Positions 15,966 to 23,811 of a stretch of DNA of 38,994 nt are shown here, one piece after another. The translations under genes and the position numbers were made by a program. The stretch is from a virus. The notes under the pieces were generated by a model. It ran no database searches. It saw only the letters and a program-made list of their open reading frames with translations, and was not told where the DNA came from. Position 1 is the first letter of the stretch, and the number at the start of each line of letters is the position of its first letter. The stretch lies in IMG/VR virus record IMGVR_UViG_3300028835_001421; one strand, 5' to 3'.

Positions 15966-18251
15966 ATGGCATATGATCGTTTTTTAATTGCTCCTATGAA
16001 GACTGGTTTGATTACCGATGTTAAGGCATGGCAGATACCTGAGGATGCATATACAAGGCTTAATAATGCATATATACACAAGGGCGTAGTTAGAAAGCGA
16101 TTTGGATCTCAATTGATGGCACCAACAAGTTCCGCATCTCAGTTAGACCAACTTAATTCTCGTTTAAGAATCAGTACAGACACTACAGATGGCTCAGGGG
16201 GCGCTTCAGGAACTGTTCCTGGAGCAGTTTTTGCTGTTGGACAGATGTTTTCCATAGGAGATGATATATACAACGTTGTTGAGACTGGCAATCCGGGAAC
16301 AATGATTACTACTGGAGCAGCAACTACCATGACATATGACACAACTACTGGTGCATATGTTTTTGCTGGTGCGTCTGCAGCAAAAGCAATTTACTTTTAT
16401 CCCGCTATGCCTGTCATGGCGCTTTCCCATTTTGAGGAAAATAAGGTCGCCAACAATCCAACATATGCATTCGACCAGCAATTTATCTATAGATTTAATG
16501 GTGCTTCATGGCAAAGAGATGGAACGGTTGTACTACAGGGAAGTGATTCCGATTTTATTTGGAGTGCCAACTGGACCGGTAGAACGCTAGATGAAACAGC
16601 GCTGTTTATATCTAATTTTAATGCAACAATTGGAACACCGGCAGCTGGTGATGATCCAATGTATTCCTATAGGAATAGTACGTGGTCAGAATTTAGGCCT
16701 GTATATAAAGTAGCCGCTAACCTTTCGGATGGGTATGTTCAGTCAGCAAAGATAATACTACCATTTAAAGACAGATTAATTTTGTTAAACACGATAGAGA
16801 GAGATGTTACGGCAGGAACTAACGCTGAGCATGTTAATAGGTGTCGCTTTTCTCACAATGGTACTCCATTTCCTGCAGATGTACCTGATAATGTTGCAAG
16901 TGCTGTATCCAGTGCTTGGTTAGAGGGAAGTCAAACCTGGACAATAGGCGGAACAACAAAAAGGTCGGATGGTGCAGGATTCCTAGATGCTCCTACTGAA
17001 GAAGAGATAGAAACTGCAGAATTCATTAAGGATCGTTTAATCGTTTATTTTGAGAGAAGTACATGGGAACTAGCGTATACGGGTAATCAAGTGCAGCCAT
17101 TTGTCTGGCAAAAGATTAATACAGAGCTTGGCTCTAAATCTTTAAAGGCTCCTGTTCCTTTTGATAAAGCGGTATTCTGTGTTGGAAGAACAGCTATACA
17201 TGGTTGTTCGGGAGCTAATGTTTCAAAGATTAACGAAGACATATCTGACCAGATATTTGAAATAAGAAATGCAAATGAGGGTCTTAAAAGGATCTCTGGA
17301 ATAAGAGATTACTTTACCGAGGTAGTTTATTGGGCATTTCCTTCTATTAACGCGCACACAGATTCACAAACGTTCCCAGATAAAGTTCTTATATATAACT
17401 ATATAAGCGACTCATGGGCAACTGCCGACGATACTATTACTGCTTTTGGGTATTACGAAGAGCAGGCTGCTACTTCATGGGAATCAACTGAACTGACGTG
17501 GAGCCAAGCTAACTTTATGTGGGATAGTGGTTCAAAGCAGACAAAGTTTAGGCAGATAATAGCTGGTAACCAGCAAGGATTTGTTTTCATTTGTGATGCA
17601 GACATATCTACTAACGAAGCAGCAATGCAAATCACGCAACTCGAAAACTCTGGAGCTGAAGTTCACTGTACAATCGTTAATCATACATTGAACGATAATA
17701 GCTATATAAAGATAATAGATGCGCAGGGGATAACTCTGACCGGTTCTGGTATATATTCCGTTGAGGTTATTGATTCAGATACTGTAAGGATTTTAGGTAC
17801 TACGCTTACTGGAACTTATGAAGGTGGTGGCAGAGCAGCTCGTGTTTCTCAGATAGATATCCTTTCCAAGCAGTGGAACTTTTATATCGATAAGGGAAAG
17901 AACTTTTATCTAGCCAAGATTTCATTTGCTGTTTTGAAGACGGCGGCTGGTGAAGTAACTGTCGACTACTATCCTTCAGCCACTCAGCTATCAATGATAG
18001 AGAGTGGTCAAGCAACAGGTTCAATACTTGGAGATAACAATCTACAGACGTATCCTTTCGAACTTTATCCATTAGAGAGTTCACAGAATAGACTATGGCA
18101 TCCAGTATATTTTCAGACTGAGGGTGAATGCGTTCAGATCAGAATATATCTAGACGATGCTCAGATGAAAGATGTTGCTATATCGTCATCTGATTTTCAG
18201 ATGGAAGGACTTATAGCGTTTACGCGTCCAACATCAGAAAGGATGCAGTAA
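15966..18251 (+). CDS. Large tail protein (nozzle / tubular-B-like candidate; 761 aa)
   Basis: Starts 2 nt after the previous stop. The size and position match the large tail tube/nozzle protein of podoviruses. No motif-level proof. Confidence 0.45.
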   Translation: MAYDRFLIAPMKTGLITDVKAWQIPEDAYTRLNNAYIHKGVVRKRFGSQLMAPTSSASQLDQLNSRLRISTDTTDGSGGASGTVPGAVFAVGQMFSIGDDIYNVVETGNPGTMITTGAATTMTYDTTTGAYVFAGASAAKAIYFYPAMPVMALSHFEENKVANNPTYAFDQQFIYRFNGASWQRDGTVVLQGSDSDFIWSANWTGRTLDETALFISNFNATIGTPAAGDDPMYSYRNSTWSEFRPVYKVAANLSDGYVQSAKIILPFKDRLILLNTIERDVTAGTNAEHVNRCRFSHNGTPFPADVPDNVASAVSSAWLEGSQTWTIGGTTKRSDGAGFLDAPTEEEIETAEFIKDRLIVYFERSTWELAYTGNQVQPFVWQKINTELGSKSLKAPVPFDKAVFCVGRTAIHGCSGANVSKINEDISDQIFEIRNANEGLKRISGIRDYFTEVVYWAFPSINAHTDSQTFPDKVLIYNYISDSWATADDTITAFGYYEEQAATSWESTELTWSQANFMWDSGSKQTKFRQIIAGNQQGFVFICDADISTNEAAMQITQLENSGAEVHCTIVNHTLNDNSYIKIIDAQGITLTGSGIYSVEVIDSDTVRILGTTLTGTYEGGGRAARVSQIDILSKQWNFYIDKGKNFYLAKISFAVLKTAAGEVTVDYYPSATQLSMIESGQATGSILGDNNLQTYPFELYPLESSQNRLWHPVYFQTEGECVQIRIYLDDAQMKDVAISSSDFQMEGLIAFTRPTSERMQ

Positions 18252-18778
18252 TGGCACAGGGAGATAACACTGGCGCATTTGTACCAACAACGTTTGTTTG
18301 GGACGCTGCCGAGTTGAAGGACATGGATGTAAAGAGTGAACGGTTTAAAGAGCTTTTAGTTAGGCTTTACCAAAACTTAAACCTAATGCAGCTCAACTTG
18401 AACATAAAAGACTCTGCTTATTACGATGAAAACGAGTTTGTTAATGGACAGTCGTTTCCGCCACATCCTGATGCGAGTTCATCGAGCACAGAGGCCATAA
18501 ATAGACGACAGGCTTTTAGGAAGGTTATTAACTTTGGCGCATTGCCTAACACAGCAACAAAGAGCGTCGCTCACGAGATCTCTATAACATCTGGATATTC
18601 GTTCACAAGGATCTATGGGTGCGCCTCAGATACAACTAATCTTGTTTACAGGCCTATACCTAATGCCAACCCTGATATACAGATAAATGTTACAGCGACT
18701 AATGTAGTTATAACAACGTCGGCTAACTATACGTCATTTGATATTACATATGTTGTATTAGAGTATTTAAAACAATAA
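18251..18778 (+). CDS. Hypothetical structural-module protein (175 aa)
   Basis: TAATG overlap with the upstream gene. Confidence 0.5.
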   Translation: MAQGDNTGAFVPTTFVWDAAELKDMDVKSERFKELLVRLYQNLNLMQLNLNIKDSAYYDENEFVNGQSFPPHPDASSSSTEAINRRQAFRKVINFGALPNTATKSVAHEISITSGYSFTRIYGCASDTTNLVYRPIPNANPDIQINVTATNVVITTSANYTSFDITYVVLEYLKQ

Positions 18779-18791
18779 TCAAGGAGATAGT

Positions 18792-19400
18792 ATGGGACTG
18801 TTTAGTTCAATAGGTAGAATGTTTACAGGCCGAAAACCAAAGATGGAGCAGGTAAAAAGATTTACACCTCAGCAGGAGGGTGCTTTAAACCAGCTCTTAA
18901 GCCAAGGAATGAAGGATGTAGATCCGGCAGCATTAGAGCAAAGGTATCGGCATCAGTTTGAAAGAGATACGGTCCCTGATCTAGCAGAGAGATTTACATC
19001 AATGGGTGGTGGTCAAAGATCATCAGCATTTGAGGAATCGCTTAGAAGAGGTGGACTAGAGTTGGGTGAACAACTTGCTGGTATGAGGATGCAATCAGGA
19101 ATGCAGAAACTAGGAATGGGCCTGCAGCCTCAATTTGACAATGTTATGACGCCAGGATCTCCAGGACTTCTTGGTGGATTAATGGGCGGTATGTCAGGAA
19201 TGCTTGGTATGGGCTTAGGAAGTAGGTTTGGTGGAATGATGGGTATGGGAAGTGGTATGGGGGCTCAGCAATATGCTCCTCAGCAACAGCAATATGCTCC
19301 TCCTAGAGGTGCGTTTTTACCTGGTCAGCCAAGAGGTGGAAGAGGTGGAAGAGGAATCAATCCTGTGATGCTAAAGATAATGCAAGGACTTCAGTTTTAA
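18792..19400 (+). CDS. Low-complexity Gly/Met-rich protein with an RGG tail (internal virion protein candidate)
   Basis: SD aaggagatagt. Contains GGLMGGMSGMLGMGLGSRFGGMMGMGSGMG and QPRGGRGGRG. Confidence 0.45.
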   Translation: MGLFSSIGRMFTGRKPKMEQVKRFTPQQEGALNQLLSQGMKDVDPAALEQRYRHQFERDTVPDLAERFTSMGGGQRSSAFEESLRRGGLELGEQLAGMRMQSGMQKLGMGLQPQFDNVMTPGSPGLLGGLMGGMSGMLGMGLGSRFGGMMGMGSGMGAQQYAPQQQQYAPPRGAFLPGQPRGGRGGRGINPVMLKIMQGLQF

Positions 19401-19409
19401 GGAGATGAA

Positions 19410-20798
19410 ATGGCCGTTTTATTTGCGCCCCCTGACCCGTCGGGATCGGCTGGCATAGGTGCTTCAATGGGTAAAAGCATTCAAAAAACTCTTGAGATGC
19501 TTACGCAGAGTAAGATTCAACAGCAACAACAACAGCAAGCAATGATGTTTCAGCAACAATTGATGCAACAGCAACAGCAAAAAAAAGCCTTTGATATTTC
19601 ACAGGGGCTTGCGTCAATGGGCATTCCTGAGGAATTGTCTGATAAAATATCTCGTATGCCTGAAGGGCAACAGGGCATGTTTCTTAAGCAGTTTTTTGGT
19701 TCTCAAGCATTTGCGCAACCAGGAGAAGGCGTTAGTGGTCAGTTAGAAGCAGGGGCAAGAAGGGTTGAAGAGACGGGAAAATTAGAAGATTTGCTTGGCG
19801 CTCCTATGCAGGCAGACCCAGGGGGAGCTCCTGGAAAACCCTTAGCGGCTCCTCAAGCTCCGGGGGTTCCCTCTGAACCTGAACCAGACATTGCAGCGCT
19901 TACAAAACAAGTTCAAGAAAAAGTTTCTTCCTTATCTCCAGAAGATAAGAAAATCCTTAAAGCAGAAATAGCTGAAGAGACAAAAATTGCAAAGCTTTCT
20001 CCTGCCAAACAGCGGGAAGAAAGGGCTATTCCAGCGGGCGCCAGTAGTGAGGCTAAACCTGGATATAGACTTCAAGCAAAGCCCACAGCTAAAAAGTCAT
20101 TTGCTGAGCTTCTAGCTACGCCGCGGCCTACAGCTGCCGACAAAGCAAAGGCACGTGCTGAAATAGCAAAAGACAAAAAGATGGATCTCGAGGAAAGAAA
20201 GTTTACCGAGGCAAAGCAGAAAAATATAAATGCCGATACTAAGGCTTTTTACGATTCAACATTAAAATCTGCTAAAGCTGCAAAAGAAAATGATATGCGT
20301 CTTAGTAGAATGACTTCGCTTCTTGACAAAGGTGATCTTAATCAGCCACTGATCTATTCGTTATTAGAAAGAATAAATAAAGGTATCTTTGGGTTTGGAA
20401 TGAACTTTAAAGGAGATATGCTTTCTGATGATAGCCAAGTGTTTGAAAAACTAACTTCAGATTTCACAAAGGGAGTTAAGGATGTTTTCGGTAACAAAGT
20501 TACCGCTACAGAAGTTGCATTGTTTATGAAAACTGTGCCCAATTTAACTCAATCACATCAGGGAAAAAGAGAAGTAATTAGAAACTGGAAATTGTTAAAC
20601 AAGGCGGCTACTGTTAAGAAAAAAGCTATGGCAGATATTATCGCTATGAACGGTGGAGAGCGACCAAAGAATCTTACATTGCTGGTAGATAAAAAGGTTG
20701 GCCCTCAGTTAGATAAATTAGCTAAAAGTTTTGCAAGGGGAGCTAAAAGGAAAGATCCACGAGGTGTTTTAGGAACTCTTTGGCATTTGCTGGATTAA
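19410..20798 (+). CDS. Gln-rich / charged internal virion (ejection) protein candidate (462 aa)
   Basis: SD taaggagatgaa. Contains a poly-Q tract (QQQQQQAMMFQQQLMQQQQQKK) and a Pro/Ala-rich linker. It is the last gene before the strand switch, where ejection proteins lie in T7/P22-type orders. Confidence 0.45.
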   Translation: MAVLFAPPDPSGSAGIGASMGKSIQKTLEMLTQSKIQQQQQQQAMMFQQQLMQQQQQKKAFDISQGLASMGIPEELSDKISRMPEGQQGMFLKQFFGSQAFAQPGEGVSGQLEAGARRVEETGKLEDLLGAPMQADPGGAPGKPLAAPQAPGVPSEPEPDIAALTKQVQEKVSSLSPEDKKILKAEIAEETKIAKLSPAKQREERAIPAGASSEAKPGYRLQAKPTAKKSFAELLATPRPTAADKAKARAEIAKDKKMDLEERKFTEAKQKNINADTKAFYDSTLKSAKAAKENDMRLSRMTSLLDKGDLNQPLIYSLLERINKGIFGFGMNFKGDMLSDDSQVFEKLTSDFTKGVKDVFGNKVTATEVALFMKTVPNLTQSHQGKREVIRNWKLLNKAATVKKKAMADIIAMNGGERPKNLTLLVDKKVGPQLDKLAKSFARGAKRKDPRGVLGTLWHLLD

Positions 20799-20813
20799 TC
20801 TATAGGCAAACGC

Positions 20814-21041
20814 TTATTTCTTATCCTTTTTTTTTAGTAGCCCGAGTTTTCTCAAGTATGCTTTTGCTTTTTTTTTTATAACTTTATAGAATAATTTCTC
20901 GAAATTAAGATTAGGATGTTTCTTTTTCATTTCAGTTATATCAGAAAGATGTGCTCCTCCGTACGGATAGTAAACATATCCCTTTATAGGGAATAAATTT
21001 ACTGATAAAGATAGTAAAAGAATTAAGAACAAAGCCTTCAT
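20814..21041 (-). CDS. Island gene a: small secreted basic protein (75 aa)
   Basis: Signal-like N-terminus MKALFLILLLSLSVNLFPIKG. SD aaaagga upstream. It has its own promoter candidate at 21083..21112. Confidence 0.6.
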   Translation of the reverse strand: MKALFLILLLSLSVNLFPIKGYVYYPYGGAHLSDITEMKKKHPNLNFEKLFYKVIKKKAKAYLRKLGLLKKKDKK

Positions 21042-21082
21042 AACGCGTCCTTTTTACAGAGATAATTATAACAACTCCTAAT

Positions 21083-21112
21083 ATTATAGGAAAAAAAATA
21101 GGACCGATGCAA
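21083..21112 (-). promoter_or_regulatory. Sigma70-like promoter for island gene a
   Basis: On the minus strand: ttgcat (21112..21107), an 18-nt spacer, then tataat (21088..21083). Confidence 0.45.
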
Positions 21113-21167
21113 GCAATTATTCGGGACACAAAAGCACCGGTCCATTGATGAGTATTAGGTATGAAAT

Positions 21168-21434
21168 TTATTCTGAAGCTACGAGTTCTTCCATAGCTCT
21201 CATTGTTTCTCTATCTTTTTTTGGCTTAAAAGAAATAGCTCTTTTGACATCGCTTTTTTTAAGTCTTTCTCGTAGGAATTTGAAGAAACAAGGATTTGCT
21301 TCTTTCATCAAGTCTGCACTTTTTGCTATGGCTTCCTCACCTGATGGTATTCTGCAGACGTATGGATCATCTTTAATTCCGTAAGTGTTACTCGCAATAA
21401 ACATTAGTGCGATAGTAAAAATAATCTTTTTCAT
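21168..21434 (-). CDS. Island gene b: secreted protein (88 aa), paralog of gene d
   Basis: The start is refined to the ATG 6 nt after aaagg. Signal-like N-terminus MKKIIFTIALMFIASNTYG. Shares the KKSDVKRAISFKPKK...AMEELV block with gene d. Confidence 0.6.
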   Translation of the reverse strand: MKKIIFTIALMFIASNTYGIKDDPYVCRIPSGEEAIAKSADLMKEANPCFFKFLRERLKKSDVKRAISFKPKKDRETMRAMEELVASE

Positions 21435-21450
21435 AATCATCCTTTATTTA

Positions 21451-21936
21451 TTAATCTCTATCTATATATATCATTCTGGAAAGATCCGAAAATTTCCTTG
21501 TTCTAATAATCGGCCTGAATTCTCCTGTCTCAATGCCTTCAATTGAAAATGGTGCAGGGCGCGCGGCTATATCTTCAGATGGAGTATCAATAGTTATAAA
21601 CGCATACTTACCCATTCTTTTGTTTGCTACTAGCACAGACTTCTCAGGAACCTTACTGTACGTTTCTAAGTGAACTAGATTTTTAATTATTTGAAATGCT
21701 TTTTCTGCAGATACTTTATCAAAAATCACTTCATATGCCATGAAGTCTCTTCTGTCTGTTGACATCCATAATGATTCAGCAAAAAGAGCTCTTCTTTCAT
21801 CATGAGACATGCATTCCCATCTATTACTTTTAAGAAAATGAATGTGTTCGGCTGACATATCGACTTCCATAGCTCGCAAATTTGCAAGTCCTACACAACT
21901 GATAAAAGCAGCAAATAAAATAAGTCGTCTAAACAT
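21451..21936 (-). CDS. Island gene c: secreted protein (161 aa)
   Basis: SD ggagaag 5-6 nt upstream. Signal-like N-terminus MFRRLILFAAFISCVGLANLRA. No family recognised. Confidence 0.65.
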   Translation of the reverse strand: MFRRLILFAAFISCVGLANLRAMEVDMSAEHIHFLKSNRWECMSHDERRALFAESLWMSTDRRDFMAYEVIFDKVSAEKAFQIIKNLVHLETYSKVPEKSVLVANKRMGKYAFITIDTPSEDIAARPAPFSIEGIETGEFRPIIRTRKFSDLSRMIYIDRD

Positions 21937-22223
21937 AGTTCTTCTCCGTTAGCTTTGAATTCTTTAATTCCCAACACAATTTCTTCTAGGGCTTTCGCAT
22001 TCATACGTACCCTTTTTGGTTTCATTGCTATCGCCTTTTTTACATCACTCTTTTTAAATATCTCACATAAGTACAATAAGATATGAGAGTCTTTCTTGAC
22101 GGCCATTAAAAATCCTTTTTGCAATGCACTATCACCAGAATCTATTTCCATAGAATAGGTAGTATTAATCCCAGACATGACTAATATGAGGAAAGCCATC
22201 ATCGCTATCGCTATCATCTTCAT
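21891..22223 (-). CDS. Island gene d: secreted protein (~110 aa), paralog of gene b; start uncertain (22223/22217/22202)
   Basis: Signal-like N-terminus MKMIAIAMMAFLILVMSGINTTYS. Contains KKSDVKKAIAMKPKR...ALEEIV, matching gene b. The 5' end lies in the 15-nt tandem repeat of gene e, in another frame. Confidence 0.5.
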   Translation of the reverse strand: MKMIAIAMMAFLILVMSGINTTYSMEIDSGDSALQKGFLMAVKKDSHILLYLCEIFKKSDVKKAIAMKPKRVRMNAKALEEIVLGIKEFKANGEELCLDDLFYLLLLSVV

Positions 22224-22644
22224 CCGAGTCGCAATCATCCGAGTCATAATCATCCGAGTCATAGGACCCCATTCCTTCAAATAGCCCAGTGGGTTTAGGC
22301 TTAGGTTTAAGTGAAACTTCTTCCTGTGTTTTTTTTCGTACTGGAGGCATCTCTAGAATCAATCCATCTGAATCCTCTCCTTTACGCCATTTATTATTAA
22401 ACTTAATAAGTTGGCGTACTCCAATGAATCCAATAGCCCCAAGCGAAGCTACTGATATAATTGGATGTGCTATTGCAAGTGTTATTAATGATTTCAATGC
22501 AAGCGCACCTATAACGCCTCCAACTGCAACTAATACATTTCTAGCAACTTTTGATTCACGCTTATTTTGTTTAGTAGCCTGCATATTACCTAAGCAAAAA
22601 ATAGATAATAGTAGGCCTAGCATTAATGTTTTTTTATCTTTCAT
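22165..22644 (-). CDS. Island gene e: membrane protein with a Gly/Ala-rich hydrophobic hairpin and an acidic repeat tail (159 aa)
   Basis: SD aggag 7 nt upstream. N-terminus MKDKKTLMLGLLLSIFCLGNMQA, hydrophobic hairpin VLVAVGGVIGALALKSLITLAIAHPIISVASLGAIGFIGV, and tail DSDDYDSDDCDSDEDDSDSDD. Confidence 0.65.
   Translation of the reverse strand: MKDKKTLMLGLLLSIFCLGNMQATKQNKRESKVARNVLVAVGGVIGALALKSLITLAIAHPIISVASLGAIGFIGVRQLIKFNNKWRKGEDSDGLILEMPPVRKKTQEEVSLKPKPKPTGLFEGMGSYDSDDYDSDDCDSDEDDSDSDDGFPHISHVWD
22221..22265. repeat. 15-nt tandem repeat, 3 copies (catccgagtcNNaat on the plus strand)
   Basis: Copies at 22221..22235, 22236..22250 and 22251..22265. They encode the DSDDY/DSDDC/DSDED tail of gene e on the minus strand. 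Confidence 0.9.
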
Positions 22645-22978
22645 ATAGAACTCCTATACTCCTTGGTATCCTTACAGTCCTCGGAGGATTTGGGTTAATA
22701 TGTGGTCTTTGTGGTCTAATCCTGCGGAAGACTATCGGTCTGAATGCCTCATCCGCTCTCCTAAACAATTTTTCTTTTAGTTCAAAGGCTTCTTGTCTTC
22801 TGTCCATCCACCTTACAAAAAACATTGTTCCTACAGCGGCCACTGCTAAAGCGGCAATCTTATATATTCTGTTATATGATGATACTTCTTCAGGTGGCTT
22901 CTCTATTGTGCTTGCAATTGGGCTACAGCCTATTGCCAATAAAAATGTCAAAATAAGTGATCTTTTTACGTTTCCCAT
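22634..22978 (-). CDS. Island gene f: lipoprotein with an additional TM segment (114 aa)
   Basis: SD gggga upstream. Lipobox LLAIGC after MGNVKRSLILTF. Second hydrophobic segment IAALAVAAVGTMFFV and an Arg/Pro-rich tail. Confidence 0.65.
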   Translation of the reverse strand: MGNVKRSLILTFLLAIGCSPIASTIEKPPEEVSSYNRIYKIAALAVAAVGTMFFVRWMDRRQEAFELKEKLFRRADEAFRPIVFRRIRPQRPHINPNPPRTVRIPRSIGVLYER

Positions 22979-23475
22979 AATTTCCCCACTTCCTCTTCTT
23001 CTTCTTTGCTTTCATCTTCCTCTTCACTTTCATCTTCCTCTTCGTCCAGGTATCTCTTTTCACGACGCCTTCTTGATCTACGTAGCTTTCTCATTTTGCG
23101 CATCATTTGTGAATATTTTCTATCTCTACGTTCCATCATTCTGGTCAGGTGACCAACTTCCTCTTTAAGCTCTTCCTGGTACTTTATCTGTGCTATATCA
23201 ATCCCAGATACTTTCTTTGTAACGTAGTTAGCACCGGCTGCAATAAGATATGGTGCAGCAATGGTTACAATGGGTCCTAGACCAAATGGTATCAATGTTG
23301 ATGCTGCTGCTGTACCTACTGCTCCAAGTACAGGAAGCACGGATGAACCAGCTGTTGCTAGTGATCCAATAGTTCCTGATAACCAAGATTTAGTAGTATT
23401 GGTGTAGCTAGCATTAGCCACGCCACTAACAGCTAAAAATGTAAGTAATAATATTGATTTTCGTGTGTTATCCAT
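22966..23475 (-). CDS. Island gene g: membrane protein with a ~50-aa Gly/Ala-rich hydrophobic hairpin, a basic coil and an acidic repeat tail (169 aa)
   Basis: The start is refined to MDNTRK (ATG after aaagaaaggga). Signal-like SILLLTFLAVSGVANA, hairpin GSLATAGSSVLPVLGAVGTAAASTLIPFGLGPIVTIAAPYLIAAG, and tail RRSRRRREKRYLDEEEDESEEEDESKEEEEE. Confidence 0.65.
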   Translation of the reverse strand: MDNTRKSILLLTFLAVSGVANASYTNTTKSWLSGTIGSLATAGSSVLPVLGAVGTAAASTLIPFGLGPIVTIAAPYLIAAGANYVTKKVSGIDIAQIKYQEELKEEVGHLTRMMERRDRKYSQMMRKMRKLRRSRRRREKRYLDEEEDESEEEDESKEEEEEVGKLWET

Positions 23476-23534
23476 AGTGTCCCTTTCTTTTGTGCCCCCC
23501 GGCACCATGATTAAAATATAACCTAACTATAACT

Positions 23535-23563
23535 AGTCTAACATTCCTTATTCCCAATGTCAA
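23535..23563 (-). promoter_or_regulatory. Sigma70-like promoter P1 driving island genes g to b
   Basis: On the minus strand: ttgaca (23563..23558), a 17-nt spacer ttgggaataaggaatgt, then tagact (23540..23535). Confidence 0.5.
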
Positions 23564-23600
23564 CACTTTATTTCAATTAGTTTATATTTTATATAGAAGG

Positions 23601-23753
23601 TTACTCTTTTTCATCCTTTTCGGTCTTTTTAGCCTCTTCTTCAGCCCTTTTTTCCTCGTTTTCAATGAAACTTTTTAATTCATATAGATATAGTTCTTCT
23701 ATGAATTTCTTGGTTCTAAGCTCCAATACCATAAAAGGTATGTTTTTATCCAT
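23601..23753 (-). CDS. Possible 50-aa charged helical protein (below the track cutoff)
   Basis: The ORF reads MDKNIPFMVLELRTKKFIEELYLYELKSFIENEEKRAEEEAKKTEKDEKE. Its ATG lies in the loop of the 17-bp inverted repeat 23714..23775. It competes with an overlapping 38-aa ORF (23699..23815). Confidence 0.3.
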   Translation of the reverse strand: MDKNIPFMVLELRTKKFIEELYLYELKSFIENEEKRAEEEAKKTEKDEKE

Positions 23754-23811
23754 TTTAGGGTATTGGAGCTTAGAAGAGATGAAAATAACATGATTAATAA
23801 TAAAGCTATTC

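Noticed and set aside
22634-22978. Lipoprotein f as a unimolecular spanin (T1 gp11-like: lipobox plus TM segment)
   Set aside because: Only about 20 residues separate the lipidated Cys from the TM segment, far too short to span a periplasm. About 55 residues also follow the TM segment.
21145-23168. Plus-strand track ORFs 21145..21384, 22289..22648 and 22626..23168, opposite the secreted-protein island
   Set aside because: They have no SD and their translations are Leu/Ser/Phe-rich mirror images. The minus-strand ORFs have SD sites, signal peptides, a lipobox, paralogy and coupled starts and stops.
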